Source: an uncultured Nitrososphaerales archaeon (GTDB lineage: Archaea; Thermoproteota; Nitrososphaeria; Nitrososphaerales; Nitrososphaeraceae). Taken from it: a stretch of 64,000 bases of DNA. The stretch lies in the NCBI GenBank assembly GCA_963713605.1, contig CAVQMO010000015.1, positions 32,001 through 96,000 of the forward strand, in the 5' to 3' direction. Shown here in pieces: positions 12,025 through 23,618 of the stretch. The notes under the pieces were generated by a model, which was not told where the DNA came from, ran no database searches, and saw nothing but the letters and a program-made list of their open reading frames with translations. Position 1 is the stretch's first letter. Each line of letters starts with the position of its first letter. The translations under genes and the position numbers were made by a program.

Positions 12025-12165
12025 CTAAGTATGGCAAGCAGACAAAGTAGGCAACATCCAGAAAAGTTGGGCCACAAGGAAAAAAATAGTATTATTGATA
12101 TCAAAATTAATAGCATTTGGTACCAGTATCAGGTGCAAAATTCCAGCAATACCAGTACAGGCTGC
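12025..12165 (-). pseudogene. Remnant of a membrane protein
   Basis: AAACTGIAGILHLILVP..IFFLVAQLFW hydrophobic fragment, no clear start. Confidence 0.4.
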
Positions 12166-12251
12166 TGCTCCATATTCTTCACCTGGAGGTATGCGTGCAT
12201 GCTGAATACTACAAAGCATCCCAAACTAATGTATAACAGAATAAGTTGTTG

Positions 12252-12465
12252 TCTGAAACTAAGTTACCATTACCAGTATCAGATGTTAGGCGGCGCTAAT
12301 ATCTATTTGATAGGAGAACACTTCTCTAGAAATCCGGTATTAGATTCTATACAAGGGTCAGCTGAAAACGTAACGAGCGTCAAAGTTCCATTGTCATGAC
12401 ATTTCATTGCGGAAGAGCGGCCAGACTTTCTCATTAAGGAGCTTGTAGAGTTCTTCAATGAATAA
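12252..12465 (+). pseudogene. C-terminal remnant of an epoxide-hydrolase-like alpha/beta hydrolase
   Basis: KLPLPV..LGG..VKVPLS*HFIAEERPDFLIKELVEFF; TGA sits where the Gly of SGH is expected. Confidence 0.65.
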
Positions 12466-13687
12466 CAAAATAACGAAAGACATCTTCTACACAGGTCTCC
12501 ATACTAGTAACTGGTACAACAGACACTATCGGTAGTGAAATCGTAAGACAGGTTTCAGAAAAAGGGATACGGATCTTGTAGATCCGTAAATATCATCGAA
12601 TCAAAATTTATACTGGATTTGATTACGAAATGTCTGAAAGTTGCAATAAACTATCTGGAATAGATTATGATGCTTTTATCTTCCGCCTCCGATCCCAAAT
12701 GGCGGAGTGAGCTTTTGATTATTCCGTTACTCCGATTTGATAAAAGCATAGGAGACGTTCATCTTGGTGACTTGGAGTTTAGTGTATATTATTCCATAGG
12801 ATTTGCGCGCAAAGAGTCTTTCACAAGAAGCTCATTTTGACGGATTGACTTGACAGTTCTTATCATGAGCGCAGAAATAACGATCAAGACTGTCTTGGCG
12901 ATATTCATTCTCGCAACAAACACAAATACGGTGGCGCTTCATAGTTTCCAAATCAATCGTTTTACTTGGCGACCACTATCTAGAATTTCGTATGTACTTA
13001 TCGTGCCGTCGAAGCCACGGCACCGTCATCGTGCCGTTTCGCACACTACGGTAAAGTACAGGTAAGGGTGACATTATTTATATGATGTTCTTCTATACTT
13101 CTAAAAGAATCTTTCACTTGCAGTTCTGGTGTTGACTGAACGACATTCTATTTCTTCAGGACACGATAACTTGTGTTGCAGGCTAGCAAATCTTATGCTT
13201 TCATATTTTTTAATGTCCAATCGATCACCGGTCGACAGACAACATGAGGACCGAGTTAGCTGCTAGAGAAAGAAGGTTACGGAATTTGAGTGAAGCAGTA
13301 GGCACTTGGCTAGAAAAAGAGGTTCAACGATACAACAGTGGCCTAAGCAATACTCTGACTAATGGCTAACTTGACAAATTTAGTTACCAAAAATGGATCC
13401 GTAGAACAAGTAAAGAGTGCAATGACAGGCTAGATCCCCTGTATTGAATGTGAAAGGAATGCACGAGAAATTTAGGCATTATGGCCAAGAAACTTGCAAA
13501 GGCGTAAAGTTAGTATAGAAAGTAACCCAATTACATGGTCGGCCATCTCGCTCAAATCATAAAACGAAATGCAAACTCCCAGCAGCCAGTATGAAAATGG
13601 GTAGAAAACGGAGGTATTGCAATGTACACATTTGCTTTAATAGTGTCTGGTTTATAGAATAGGTAAAGAATACATGGCGATGCACAT

Positions 13688-14845
13688 ATGAATTTAAAAC
13701 CAGGAAAAAATAGAAGGACAACTCCTGAAGGGGAGCCACTTGAAGATGCAAGCGGAGGTGGTGGATTTCCAGGTGGAGGTAGAGGTGGTTTTTTTCGAGG
13801 ACCTGGAATCGGGAAGGGATCAAACTCACTCATAAAAATAGTAATTCCCGCGGTAATTGGTATAATTGTAGTCGCGTTCCTAATCATAAATAGTGTAAAG
13901 ATCGTTGAGGCTGGAAATAGAGGAGTACTGTTAAGTTTTGGTGCCGTTGACGTTAGTAGATCGTTGGAAGAGGGGATCCACTTCGTAGTTCCGGTAAGGG
14001 ATAATGTAGTACAGATGGAAGTAAGAACACAAAGGATAACAGAAGATGCAGCTGCTGCATCCGGGGATCTTCAAGACGTACGAACACAGGTAGCACTGAA
14101 TTACCATCTAGATCCTGATAATTCACAGAATGTTTACAAGAGTCTAGGACTTGATTATGCAAATAGAGTAATTGTACCGGCAATTCAAGAATCAGTCAAA
14201 CAAGTAACCGCCAGATTTAACGCAGAGGAACTCATTACTCAAAGAGAGAGTGTCAAAAATGAGATTGAGCAGCAAATTAGAGCGAGACTTGCTCCATACA
14301 ATATCATTGTAGACGCGGTTTCTATCACAGAGTTTGAGTTTTCAGCCGATTTTGTAAGGGCAGTAGAGGCGAAAGTAGCAGCTCAGCAGAGGGCACTACA
14401 GGCACAGAATGAGCTGCGAAGAATAGAGATAGAAGCTCAACAAGCAGAAGCTAGAGCCGTTGGAGAGCAGCAAGCAAATATTGCAAGAGCTGAAGGAGTT
14501 AGACAAGCTAATGTACTACAGGCACAAGGTGAAGCACAAGCAATAACTACAATAGATGAGCAGCTACGGCAGAGTCCCAGCTATCTAGAATGGCTCAAGT
14601 CCCAGAAGTGGGATGGTCAGTTGCCATTAGTTGTGGGCGGCAGTGGAACAGGAGCAGGCGGTCAATCGGTAACTCCGTTCATAGAAATACCAACAAGTAG
14701 GCATGAAATAGATTTAGCAAGTGGAGAAGGCATCGATGGTACAAATGCTGGAAACGCCACATCAACTTCATCCGGGCTCGCGAGTGGTAGCGCTGGCTTA
14801 CAGAGTGTATTGAATAACACCGTGTTAAATAATTCAACTGGATGA
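13688..14845 (+). CDS. SPFH/prohibitin (band 7) family protein
   Basis: TM then VEAGNRGVLL..EGIHF, FNAEELITQR, AVEAKVAAQQ, KWDGQLP. Confidence 0.92.
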   Translation: MNLKPGKNRRTTPEGEPLEDASGGGGFPGGGRGGFFRGPGIGKGSNSLIKIVIPAVIGIIVVAFLIINSVKIVEAGNRGVLLSFGAVDVSRSLEEGIHFVVPVRDNVVQMEVRTQRITEDAAAASGDLQDVRTQVALNYHLDPDNSQNVYKSLGLDYANRVIVPAIQESVKQVTARFNAEELITQRESVKNEIEQQIRARLAPYNIIVDAVSITEFEFSADFVRAVEAKVAAQQRALQAQNELRRIEIEAQQAEARAVGEQQANIARAEGVRQANVLQAQGEAQAITTIDEQLRQSPSYLEWLKSQKWDGQLPLVVGGSGTGAGGQSVTPFIEIPTSRHEIDLASGEGIDGTNAGNATSTSSGLASGSAGLQSVLNNTVLNNSTG

Positions 14846-15527
14846 ACAAATCGAGCACAATTATCTTTCCTTATCTTATACGTGATGAAATGATGCCATT
14901 CCAACCTGTTTACAGTGCTATCAGTTCGTTACACCCTTCTATCGTTAATATTGAGTAATAAAAAAGGGGGGGAATTTCCTAACACATACTCCCTGATTTT
15001 CATTCGTTTGGATCAAGTGAAGGTGGCCTACTTTGATTCAGGCAGCTGGAAGTTCGTAATCTGGAATCAACGAAGGAGATCTGGGAGCCTTGGTCAAACC
15101 ATGGTCTTGAATGTACTTATCAACTCTCGGATCGGAGCAAAATGACAGACCAATTCCAGCTTCCAGAAAAGGATCAGTCCGGTTCTCCCTCAATAAATCT
15201 GAATATAGCTCTTTGAGTAGCAATATCATGGTCACGTCATCTGAAGAGCATGTTAGAAAAAGCATATACCATGCTGAGTAAGATACAAAGAGAGCTGGGG
15301 GAGAGAGTATGAACCTACTGTATAAACGTACAACTATGATCTCTTTTTTCGTGCCGACGAGCAGTGGAAATCTCATTGTGATAAAAACAACCATCAATAT
15401 ATCTTCTGAAATCATATCCTAAGCCTGCATAGAGATGGTATGGTCATCCCCTTCTTTTTAGGTCCTCTACTATTACTATGAAGTGGAAGAACTGCGGGAA
15501 AGAATGAGCCAATAGATAATGTCTAGT

Positions 15528-16143
15528 TTATCCAATAGTATCGAAATTAGATAATGATTTCCACATGTACCATGTAGCTATGCTTCTATATGGTCTCCAT
15601 GGATTGGCTATCTCTATCATTTTGTCAGGCTTGGGTAGTTCATCAAGTAAATACGTTCTTTTCATTGCATTTCTCAATCCTAAATCAGTTACTGGTAACA
15701 CATCCTCTCTACCAAGACAAAATATCAAAAACATTTCTGCAGTCCATCTACCTATTCCCTTTACCTTTGTAAGTTGGGTGATAACATCCTCGTCTGTCAT
15801 TGCTGGTAAATTATTCAAATCTAACCTTCCATCCGTAACATGGGCTGCTAGAATCTTTTAGGTATGCTATTTTCATTCTTGAGAGACCAACCTTAGCTCT
15901 TAGGTCAACGTCAGAACTTGAGAGGATCTGTAGCGGTTCTGGAATCGTACCACCAAAATACTTCAAGAATCTACTATAAATGGTAATCGCAGCCTTTCCA
16001 GTAAGTTGCTGATAGATTATTGCTTCTATTAATGATAAATATGAATCATTTCGCTTCTTTATGGAATAATTTCCAACATTCTTAATGATTTCAGCAAGAT
16101 GTCGATCTGAACTACATAGATATTTTGAGTAATCGATATTCAA
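15528..16143 (-). CDS. alkA: DNA-3-methyladenine glycosylase, AlkA/HhH-GPD family (frameshift near 15855)
   Basis: IIYQQLTGKAA, HhH VKGIGRWTAEMF, LPVTDLG, WRPYRS. Confidence 0.85.
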
Positions 16144-16241
16144 ACATAATATCGATAATGAGAAATGGTATATATTCCTAGATTAAGGAAAAAACTCTGA
16201 TATCAGCTTTCCCCCTCACGTACCAAAATAGAATTGTCAGA

Positions 16242-17126
16242 TCATTTAAAAGCGTCCGCATAATCTGTTGCAAATTGAGCAAACGTTTTTGTTTTCCTTC
16301 CTGTTACTTCTTCAACTGCAGATGACACTTGCGAGGCATAGCCTTTTCTGAAATAGGCATAGAGTTCCAGTATTGTACTGATAAGCCAATCATCCATGCC
16401 TGTCTCTTTCAACGCTTCTCTAGTCTCTTCCTCTGATATATTCACATAATCTATTTTCTTACCCGTTGAGTTTGAAAGTATTTCTGCGGCTTGATGATAG
16501 GATAGCGCCTCAGGCCCTGTAAGCAGATAGGTTTTATTGTAATGTTTATCTCCATCCATTAGAGCTTTAACTGCTACTGCCGCAATATCACGAGCGTCAA
16601 CGATACTAACTTTTGCATCCTCTGCTGGTATGTAAAAAGCATTATTGCTCTTTATTGTAGGACCTTGGAAATTGATAAAACCCTGCATGAATTCATTTGG
16701 ACGTAGGAACGTGTAGGGGATCCCAGATTCTTCTATCATTTTTTCTGTTTGCCGATGCAAGCGCATAGCTTCTACCTCCGCTCCCAAATCGGCTCCCATT
16801 ATAGATTGCTTAACAATATGCTTAATTCCAGATTTCTTTGCTTCATTGACCAGATTTGATTCATGCTCTGCAGATTTGGAGGAAGGATGAGTAAGCAAGA
16901 AGAGCTTATCCACATCTTTGAAGGCTATTTCAAGTCCTTCCTGTTTGTCGTAATCAATTTGCATTGCTTTAACTCTATCATATTGCTTTACTCTATCTGC
17001 GTTTTCAATTGAATGAACACCTGCCCTGATGTCATTGCTTGGAGCATCTCTAGAAAGCTGCTTTACAACTTCACTTCCTACAGTACCAGTAGCACCTGTT
17101 ACTAGAATCATTTCATTCATATTCAA
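16242..17126 (-). CDS. NmrA-like / atypical SDR oxidoreductase
   Basis: ILVTGATGTVG, TFLRPNEFMQ, VDARDIA, LTGPEALS. Confidence 0.9.
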   Translation of the reverse strand: MNMNEMILVTGATGTVGSEVVKQLSRDAPSNDIRAGVHSIENADRVKQYDRVKAMQIDYDKQEGLEIAFKDVDKLFLLTHPSSKSAEHESNLVNEAKKSGIKHIVKQSIMGADLGAEVEAMRLHRQTEKMIEESGIPYTFLRPNEFMQGFINFQGPTIKSNNAFYIPAEDAKVSIVDARDIAAVAVKALMDGDKHYNKTYLLTGPEALSYHQAAEILSNSTGKKIDYVNISEEETREALKETGMDDWLISTILELYAYFRKGYASQVSSAVEEVTGRKTKTFAQFATDYADAFK

Positions 17127-17221
17127 AATATTGTTCTAGAAGTATTTATTAATGGCGCTGGCGCGCCTGCCATAGATTTAGTCTGATAGTAGACCTTTGG
17201 AAGAAAAGAAAGGATTAGGCT

Positions 17222-17606
17222 CTATATCTTTGCCACACACATGATCTCAATCATGAGGTCAGGAAAGGCAAGACGTTGAATTTGTACTATTGTACTTGCG
17301 ATAAGAGGGTACCAGAAAAGATCTCTCGTCTGCATTTGGCGGCTGCAGCAAAAGCTGCATCCATATCAGTGACGAAGAGTATCTCATCCACCATATTTTC
17401 AATTGTTGCTCCATATTTTGCCAGCAGCTTCTGTATATTCGTGTAAGCCTGTCGCATTTGAACCTCCATCTCCCCACGTCCTACAATATTTCCATTATCG
17501 TCGTGACTCACCTGTCCTGACACATAAATGGTACCTTCTTTTATTGTCTGGCATAGCCATATTCTTTCTCCCAAGGCATACCGAAACTTCTTGTCTCCTT
17601 GTTCAT
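17222..17606 (-). CDS. RidA/YjgF family protein (two frameshifts)
   Basis: MNKETRSFGMPWEKEYGYA / TIYVSGQ..QMRQAYTNI / ASTIVQIQRLAFPDLMIEI. Confidence 0.8.
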
Positions 17607-17612
17607 GTCATT

Positions 17613-17663
17613 CTTCTAGTAAAATAGATACTTCTAAATCACATAGTTATACTTGATGTGATA
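17613..17663. promoter_or_regulatory. Conserved non-coding element, copy 1, with ATCACAT-N11-ATGTGAT inverted repeat
   Basis: Near-identical core at 32811-32861 and 38195-38239 in the opposite orientation; lies between divergent RidA and wHTH genes. Confidence 0.65.
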
Positions 17664-17759
17664 CCTAGACATTATAATTAAATACATACTAACGCAAGTA
17701 TTAGTAGTAATAGTAGGCGTGTATAAATATCTAGTCTACAAGTTCTGATTGATTCTATT

Positions 17760-18062
17760 ATGAAATACAGAAGTAGAACTGAAATTGTTGGCCTCATCCT
17801 TGATGCCGCAAACGGAGGAGGAGCAACCAAGACAAAAATAATGTACAAAGCATTTCTATCATTTGCGCAGCTCCGAGAATATCTTACAATGTTGCAAGAC
17901 AATGGACTCATCGAATATGAAAGTGGAAAGCAGACATATAGAACAGCAGAAAAAGGCATGAAGTTATTGGAAATATATGAAAAGATGCATGAATTAGTGC
18001 CACCACTTGCTCCAACAACAGATAACAGCAGAATTGTTAGCATCGGAGGTTACTATAAATGA
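17760..18062 (+). CDS. Winged-helix transcriptional regulator (archaeal HTH_45-like)
   Basis: YRSRTEIVGLIL..TKIMYKAFLSFAQLREYL..YRTAEKG. Confidence 0.85.
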   Translation: MKYRSRTEIVGLILDAANGGGATKTKIMYKAFLSFAQLREYLTMLQDNGLIEYESGKQTYRTAEKGMKLLEIYEKMHELVPPLAPTTDNSRIVSIGGYYK

Positions 18063-19048
18063 ATCAAATAAATACAACAAGAACGATACTAGCAGTAATA
18101 ATCGCGGTAGCATTAGTAGTATCGGTAGGTAGTTTAACCGCACTGTACACTTTTCCAGCGGATGCAACAAAACCAAAGCACAATGACGATGATGATGATA
18201 ATGGTAGTGGTAACAGTAACGTAGTTAACACGCTCCCACAGCAACCACAATTAGCACCGTTAAGTATGGAAACCGCTGCCTAATACTGGAGGTAACGTTG
18301 AGAGTGATGACATAGCTACATTGCAACAACAAGCCCAACCACAACCACAGCAAACAACCACACACAACAAGCAGCATCAACAAACGCAGCATGTGGACAA
18401 GTGGTAAGCGGAGTAGTAAATCTAACTGCAAATCTTAACTGCAATAGTGGAGATGGTATCATAGTAGGTGGTCCAAACACAGTAATTAACATGAATGGAT
18501 TCTCAATCACAGGACCTGGACAGGACAGCTCTAAAGTTGGGATTATGGTACCAAATGTTGATAATGTAGTAGTAAATGGACCTGGTTCACTCAGCAACTT
18601 CCAAGCAGGAGTACTTCTTACTGGAGCAAATGGATTTACGATTAATTCTGTCATACTATCTAACAACCAGATAGGTACATTTATGACAGGAGCTGAAAAT
18701 GCACAAGTAAAACAAAACATTATACAGGGTAATAGTATAGGTGTAGCATCTCACTCAAGTACAGGTGGTGCTATAGACTCAAACCTTATGAATGGCAACT
18801 TGCTAGCAGGAATAACATTTGTCAACACACAACAGTCCAGTGTAGGAATGAACAATGTAGTTGGAAGTCAGAATGGAGTATTTCTAGATGGACAGAGCAA
18901 ACAGAATACAATATCAGCAAATAACGTACTTGAGAATGTAATTGACCTTAACAATGCAAATGGACTACCAACAAACATCAACGCAAACCAATATGTGGAC
19001 AACAGCTGTCAGACAAGTAATCCAAGTGGTCTGTGTATAGGAAGGTAA
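18059..19048 (+). CDS. Secreted right-handed beta-helix (NosD/CASH-like) protein, frameshifted in linker
   Basis: Signal peptide, GGAGGT upstream of ATG, Gln/Pro linker, Asn-ladder repeats (NNQIG, GNSIG, NNVV). Confidence 0.8.
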
Positions 19049-19136
19049 TAAGGAATAACAGGTAACAGCAAGTAACAATCCAACTCACTTTTTTCTTTTC
19101 CGCCAAATCCATTAAGGATATTTCAATTCTATAATG

Positions 19137-19390
19137 TTAAAGAAAATCAGAGATATTTGTCTGCTTTGTTTTGATTAGAGTTGCATCATGATCATAATCC
19201 TCATCTTCTTTTCCTGCATGACTATCAGCCATTACAATTTCATCTCCCCATTTTACTTCCTCAAGACCTAATAGTTGTCTAAAGATGTTAACCGTGTTAG
19301 GACCAAAAGCTGCGTAATGTTATTTGTGGCGACAATTGAAAATCTAACTCCAGACAAATTACTCTCATCAGAGTCTTTCTTGAAGTTGCG
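19137..19390 (-). pseudogene. DUF72 3' fragment
   Basis: RNFKKDSDESNLSGVRFSIVATN..FRQLLGLEEVKWG..KTKQTNISDFL*. Confidence 0.8.
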
Positions 19391-19645
19391 CGCAACTTCA
19401 CAGATGACACCGATCGAGGAAATATGTCTGGTGTAAAATTTTCAATCGTCGCCGCGAATAATCATTATGCCGGCTTTGGTCCTGGCACAGTAAACTTATT
19501 CAGACAATTAATAGGCATGCAGGAGGTGAAATGGGGGGATGAATTTATCACAACTGATGATCTGGAAAAGGGCAATCACGAAGGTATGAACAAACGCCGC
19601 ACTATTAAGACTAAACAAACGAGTATGTCTGACTTTCTAAACTGA
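19391..19645 (+). pseudogene. DUF72 3' fragment
   Basis: RNFTDDTDRGNMSGVKFSIVAANNHYAGFGPGT..KTKQTSMSDFLN*. Confidence 0.8.
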
Positions 19646-19738
19646 ATATTAAGAGGACACTGTTAACTGTCAAGTGCAACTAATCACGCTGTAGTTATGG
19701 CGTTAGAATGGCGTTCCATCACCAACTGGAGAGGTGCC

Positions 19739-20023
19739 CTATCCGGGACAGTAGGTTCTGCGACCTTCGTCTGTCAGACCAAACCTGTCATCCTCATCCC
19801 TATAGATCTGCCCCTCGCCTAGGAACTGCTCTAAGACAATTCTTAGACACAGATCCTGCTCCGATGCCTCTTCATTCTTCCAGATAGATTTTAACAGAAA
19901 CGTAGTAGGTTGCGCATTTTGACGCGCGACTTTATCAAGTTCGCTCAGACTCGCCATAAAATATGCTCTATTGATACGATTGTCTCTTACTGGATCATCA
20001 ATACTAAACCTATCAGATGACAT
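19739..20023 (-). CDS. Hypothetical protein, possible winged-helix
   Basis: ATG ORF with C-terminal LEQFLGEGQI..FGLTDEG wing-like string. Confidence 0.5.
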   Translation of the reverse strand: MSSDRFSIDDPVRDNRINRAYFMASLSELDKVARQNAQPTTFLLKSIWKNEEASEQDLCLRIVLEQFLGEGQIYRDEDDRFGLTDEGRRTYCPG

Positions 20024-20543
20024 GTGTTTTGATGATGAGCAACTTATTCCTCCGCTATATTACTTTCTTGTCCTCGAGCAGCTAAGATTTTAATTGTCGT
20101 CGTAGTTTTCACGCTTAACATTACAAATCTAGTCTGCAACTAGACGCCAAGCATGGTATTCTACTTTCGCTTTTTGGTTGCTATTCTTGTCGTTATCACT
20201 TTGCTGTATGAACTCTGTAAAGTTTGTATAATCCATTATGCTGTTACAGTAAATGCAAATCCATCTCATAGAGATAAGAACTACTATGAAGACATTGTTT
20301 ATATACAATTTTTCTATAGTTCTGTAACAAAGTTTTATTGTTACGATCACCTCGTTCAGTTTGCTGTCGTGGTTCTGGCACTAATGTGAACACACCATTA
20401 GAATGTTAAGCAGTCTTTCTAATAACTGAATAGTTTCACTCTCCGAAGAATCTCTAACTGTTCAACGTTAAGAGCTATCTATTATTATTTATCACAATCG
20501 AAGTTAATTAGCGTTAATCATAATCACTGCACTAGTAATAGTA

Positions 20544-20738
20544 TTGGAACAAAGGAATGTTGTAGTATTGACTACGACAACAGGGGTAAGACTTGTGGCT
20601 ATCTGGAAGCAGAAGTTGGAGAGATGGTACATGGTGGAGGGCAAAGGAAAGGAGACGAGGGGAAAAGTGGTAGACAAACTCACACCCCGCCAATTTCAGG
20701 AAGCAGTCGAGAATGGACTCATTTGCATGGTAGTTTGA
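20544..20738 (+). CDS. Small hypothetical protein; paralog of 3410-3616 (possible late frameshift)
   Basis: Sequence identity to 3410 copy. Confidence 0.6.
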   Translation: MEQRNVVVLTTTTGVRLVAIWKQKLERWYMVEGKGKETRGKVVDKLTPRQFQEAVENGLICMVV

Positions 20739-21481
20739 TGCGTTTAGGTTGTCACTGCAGTTTTGGCGTAAGTCCGAGCCAAGTATGGCTATACGCTCAC
20801 CATTTCACGTATCAGTCCGTTTTGACTATATTCAGTGCCGTGTTTTTCGCATAGACTGACTGGCCTGTTGGTAGTTTTCACTGTAGCATGCCATTTTATA
20901 CTTGAAGTGCATCCATTTACTTGACATACTTCGTCTCCTGCCGCTGCTCACCTGCATTACCTCCACCGTCTTCGGTACCCATAATCAGTTCATATTTCGT
21001 AATGAATAAAAGGATTACAAGTCAATCCAGCCTTTACGCATTGCCTGATTCTTGACTGGTTGTCTGTGCAGTTTTGGCATTGACAAATGCGGCTCAACAA
21101 AGCTCTAAATAAGTTTATGAATCACCATTCAATCTGATTTTCTCAGGCTTCTTAGGCTTGGACTCTTCAAGTCTCTTCTTTCTTGTTCTATCTTGAAGAG
21201 TTCGTTAGCGAATCACGCCTTATCGACATACGACGACGGCTCCGTCATGTTACTAGTTAGAGGATATCATTTATTCATAAGTGATATCGCTTGCAATATT
21301 CTTCAGATTTGTAAATCTTTCACATATTCTATTATTTCAGCGACAATATTTGGGTTTATATTCTAATATCATTTCCAATTGCAAATCTTCAAAGTCTTTA
21401 TCGCTTTAGAAGTTTTTGCCCCAGCTAAGATAAGGCTATTTCATCTACAATACATTTAACCTATTTCTACTTAGTGAATTT

Positions 21482-21832
21482 ATGCAGGCTAATGGTAGTA
21501 GCAAGGGAGGTCTAAATGAATTACTAGCAGCTTTACTACACAACAAAAATACGTATATTTCAAACAACGAATTTAAACAACTACTACATATAATTGAGAA
21601 TGATGCGACGCAAATATATCATACAAAGTATGGTTCAGAGGACACAAAAATTAAATTTAATATCAATTCTAATGTGAATTCAGATATTGGTCTTGTGGGA
21701 CGGCAGAGTGCTAAATCGCTTGAATGCATTAGGAAATCTATAAAGAAAAATCTACACTTAATGCAAGAAAGTGTGAGGACAGAGTTTGAGGGATATTTGA
21801 TACTATGTGGCGAAGGAATTAATTCTACTTAA
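21482..21832 (+). CDS. Hypothetical protein
   Basis: 116-aa ATG ORF with TATA-like box about 25 nt upstream. Confidence 0.5.
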   Translation: MQANGSSKGGLNELLAALLHNKNTYISNNEFKQLLHIIENDATQIYHTKYGSEDTKIKFNINSNVNSDIGLVGRQSAKSLECIRKSIKKNLHLMQESVRTEFEGYLILCGEGINST

Positions 21833-22269
21833 CATCTTTTAATAAAACTAAGGGATATCTACTCACTATAAAGGACTTGAGAGGCCGTTCTGGACATATC
21901 CAGTTATGCATCCAATTATAGATAGGCTTTATTTTTCCTTTCATCTCCGTCGGTTGTGAATTTTTAAATTGTCTTTTGTGCACACTATTACATGTGTTAC
22001 TCGGTTTTGAAATATGTGGTGAAAAGACGGATAAGTTCAGGTTAAATAAGTGTATTAAGCCAGTATTATAAATGACACATCTGGCAAGCCACGCATTGCA
22101 TCCAGGTGATGTGCGGGATAGGCCTCAATATGTACTCCATTTAGTTCAATAACAGTTTCGGAGGGTATGAATATGAACTTGAATCTGTATCTATCTCTAT
22201 CTATGCGTAGAATCTAATATTAATAAATTCTTGACCTGGCTTAAATGATCGCTCTTCAGATCGTTATCA

Positions 22270-22575
22270 TCATTTGATTTCATGCTTTATAATCAGTAAT
22301 TCTTCCATCTTGTTATATACTTGTAGAGCCTGCATTCCTTTCGGAGTAGTCTTAAAAGTTCTTTCTCCCTCGATGTATTCAATAAGGTCATTCTCAAGCA
22401 AATGGACTAGATATTCTTTCAGTATGTTATAGGATAGATATGTCTTGAATTGTATCTCGGTAACTCTTGCCCTGTTACCATTGGTTACTTCTAGAATAGA
22501 CGAAATTATCTCAGATCTGGATCTATGCTTGAGTTGTTTTGTCATCCTTTTACTCAATTTTATTACAGAAGACAT
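22270..22575 (-). CDS. Winged-helix transcriptional regulator (same family as 17760)
   Basis: HRSRSEIISSIL..YLSYNILKEYL..FKTTPKG. Confidence 0.8.
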   Translation of the reverse strand: MSSVIKLSKRMTKQLKHRSRSEIISSILEVTNGNRARVTEIQFKTYLSYNILKEYLVHLLENDLIEYIEGERTFKTTPKGMQALQVYNKMEELLIIKHEIK

Positions 22576-22724
22576 CCATACTTATTTATGACTAATGTAA
22601 GTACTAGAAGAATCTAGTTCAGTTGTTACCTCTTAATTTCAAGCCAGGAGGTGAGCATAGTATATTTGAATTTTTACATCCAAAATGGTAATCTCTTTAC
22701 ACTTAGTTTTACTAGTAATGACTC

Positions 22725-23618
22725 TTACGATGCTCCCAACAAGCCATCGACTATACTTGAGACAAAATTGTTTGCAATTGAACCGTCCAGATCCAGGCGA
22801 GGGTTGAAAATAGTGATTGTCATACCTACGGCACGATTGGTTGCAAGCAAAACGTTTAAGACCTCCGTGAGGTCAGAGTAGCTTAGTCCATCATCCAGAC
22901 GATAATCAACAGCCGGCATGATTGTATCATCTAAAACATCTGCATCTAGATGAATCCAGAATCCCTCTATATGATTCTTCAGCAAGCTCTTTGTAGCCAA
23001 AGAGACAGCATTTCTAGTCTTTAGTTTTTTAATTTCCAAAAGATCGATTACATGCATGTTCGTATCTCGAACATCTTGACTCCCGTAGGTTGCAGATTGT
23101 TCTGCATCACGATATCCAAATAATACAATGTCCTCATCTCTGACGTATGGTTTTAGTCCATTGATATTTGTAAGTATATCAGGACCTCTGCCAGATATGA
23201 TAGCTAGATCCATGTCAGCAACTTCTCCACTCACAGAGGCTTCAGGTTGGTAAAAATCAGCGTGGCCATCAATAAAGAATAATCCATACCTTCCAGAATG
23301 GTGCCGTAATGCTAAAAGAGGGGCAATAACAATACTGCAGTCACCTCCTATTATTATGGGAAACAATTTTTTACTTAAGACACTTGATACAACGCTACAA
23401 AGTGCTTGTGAAAATTCTCTGATTGCTTTACCGTTTAGTAACAATGTTTTACTATCACGTTCTGAATTGTATGGATACGATGGATTGACACGACCCACGT
23501 ATCGGGCATCTAATTTCTCATGCAAACCTGCTGCTTTGAGTACTTGTGGAAGATCTTCGACTCCTGTTGGTCGCAGTCCCAATATTGAAGGAGCATCAAT
23601 GATTGCAAATTCGTACAT
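22725..23618 (-). CDS. Arginase/ureohydrolase family protein
   Basis: GGDCS, DGHADF, HLDADVLD..MPAVD, IFNPRLD. Confidence 0.88.
   Translation of the reverse strand: MYEFAIIDAPSILGLRPTGVEDLPQVLKAAGLHEKLDARYVGRVNPSYPYNSERDSKTLLLNGKAIREFSQALCSVVSSVLSKKLFPIIIGGDCSIVIAPLLALRHHSGRYGLFFIDGHADFYQPEASVSGEVADMDLAIISGRGPDILTNINGLKPYVRDEDIVLFGYRDAEQSATYGSQDVRDTNMHVIDLLEIKKLKTRNAVSLATKSLLKNHIEGFWIHLDADVLDDTIMPAVDYRLDDGLSYSDLTEVLNVLLATNRAVGMTITIFNPRLDLDGSIANNFVSSIVDGLLGAS

Larger units (their letters stand above)
17613..19099 (+). repeat. 1.5-kb segment duplicated in inverted orientation at 31370-32861
   Basis: Colinear promoter, wHTH gene, beta-helix gene and T-rich terminator. Confidence 0.9.

Noticed and set aside
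22725..23618. GGDCS instead of GGDHS in arginase as a novelty
   Set aside because: Variant I recognise from a broad arginase-like subfamily; other metal ligands intact
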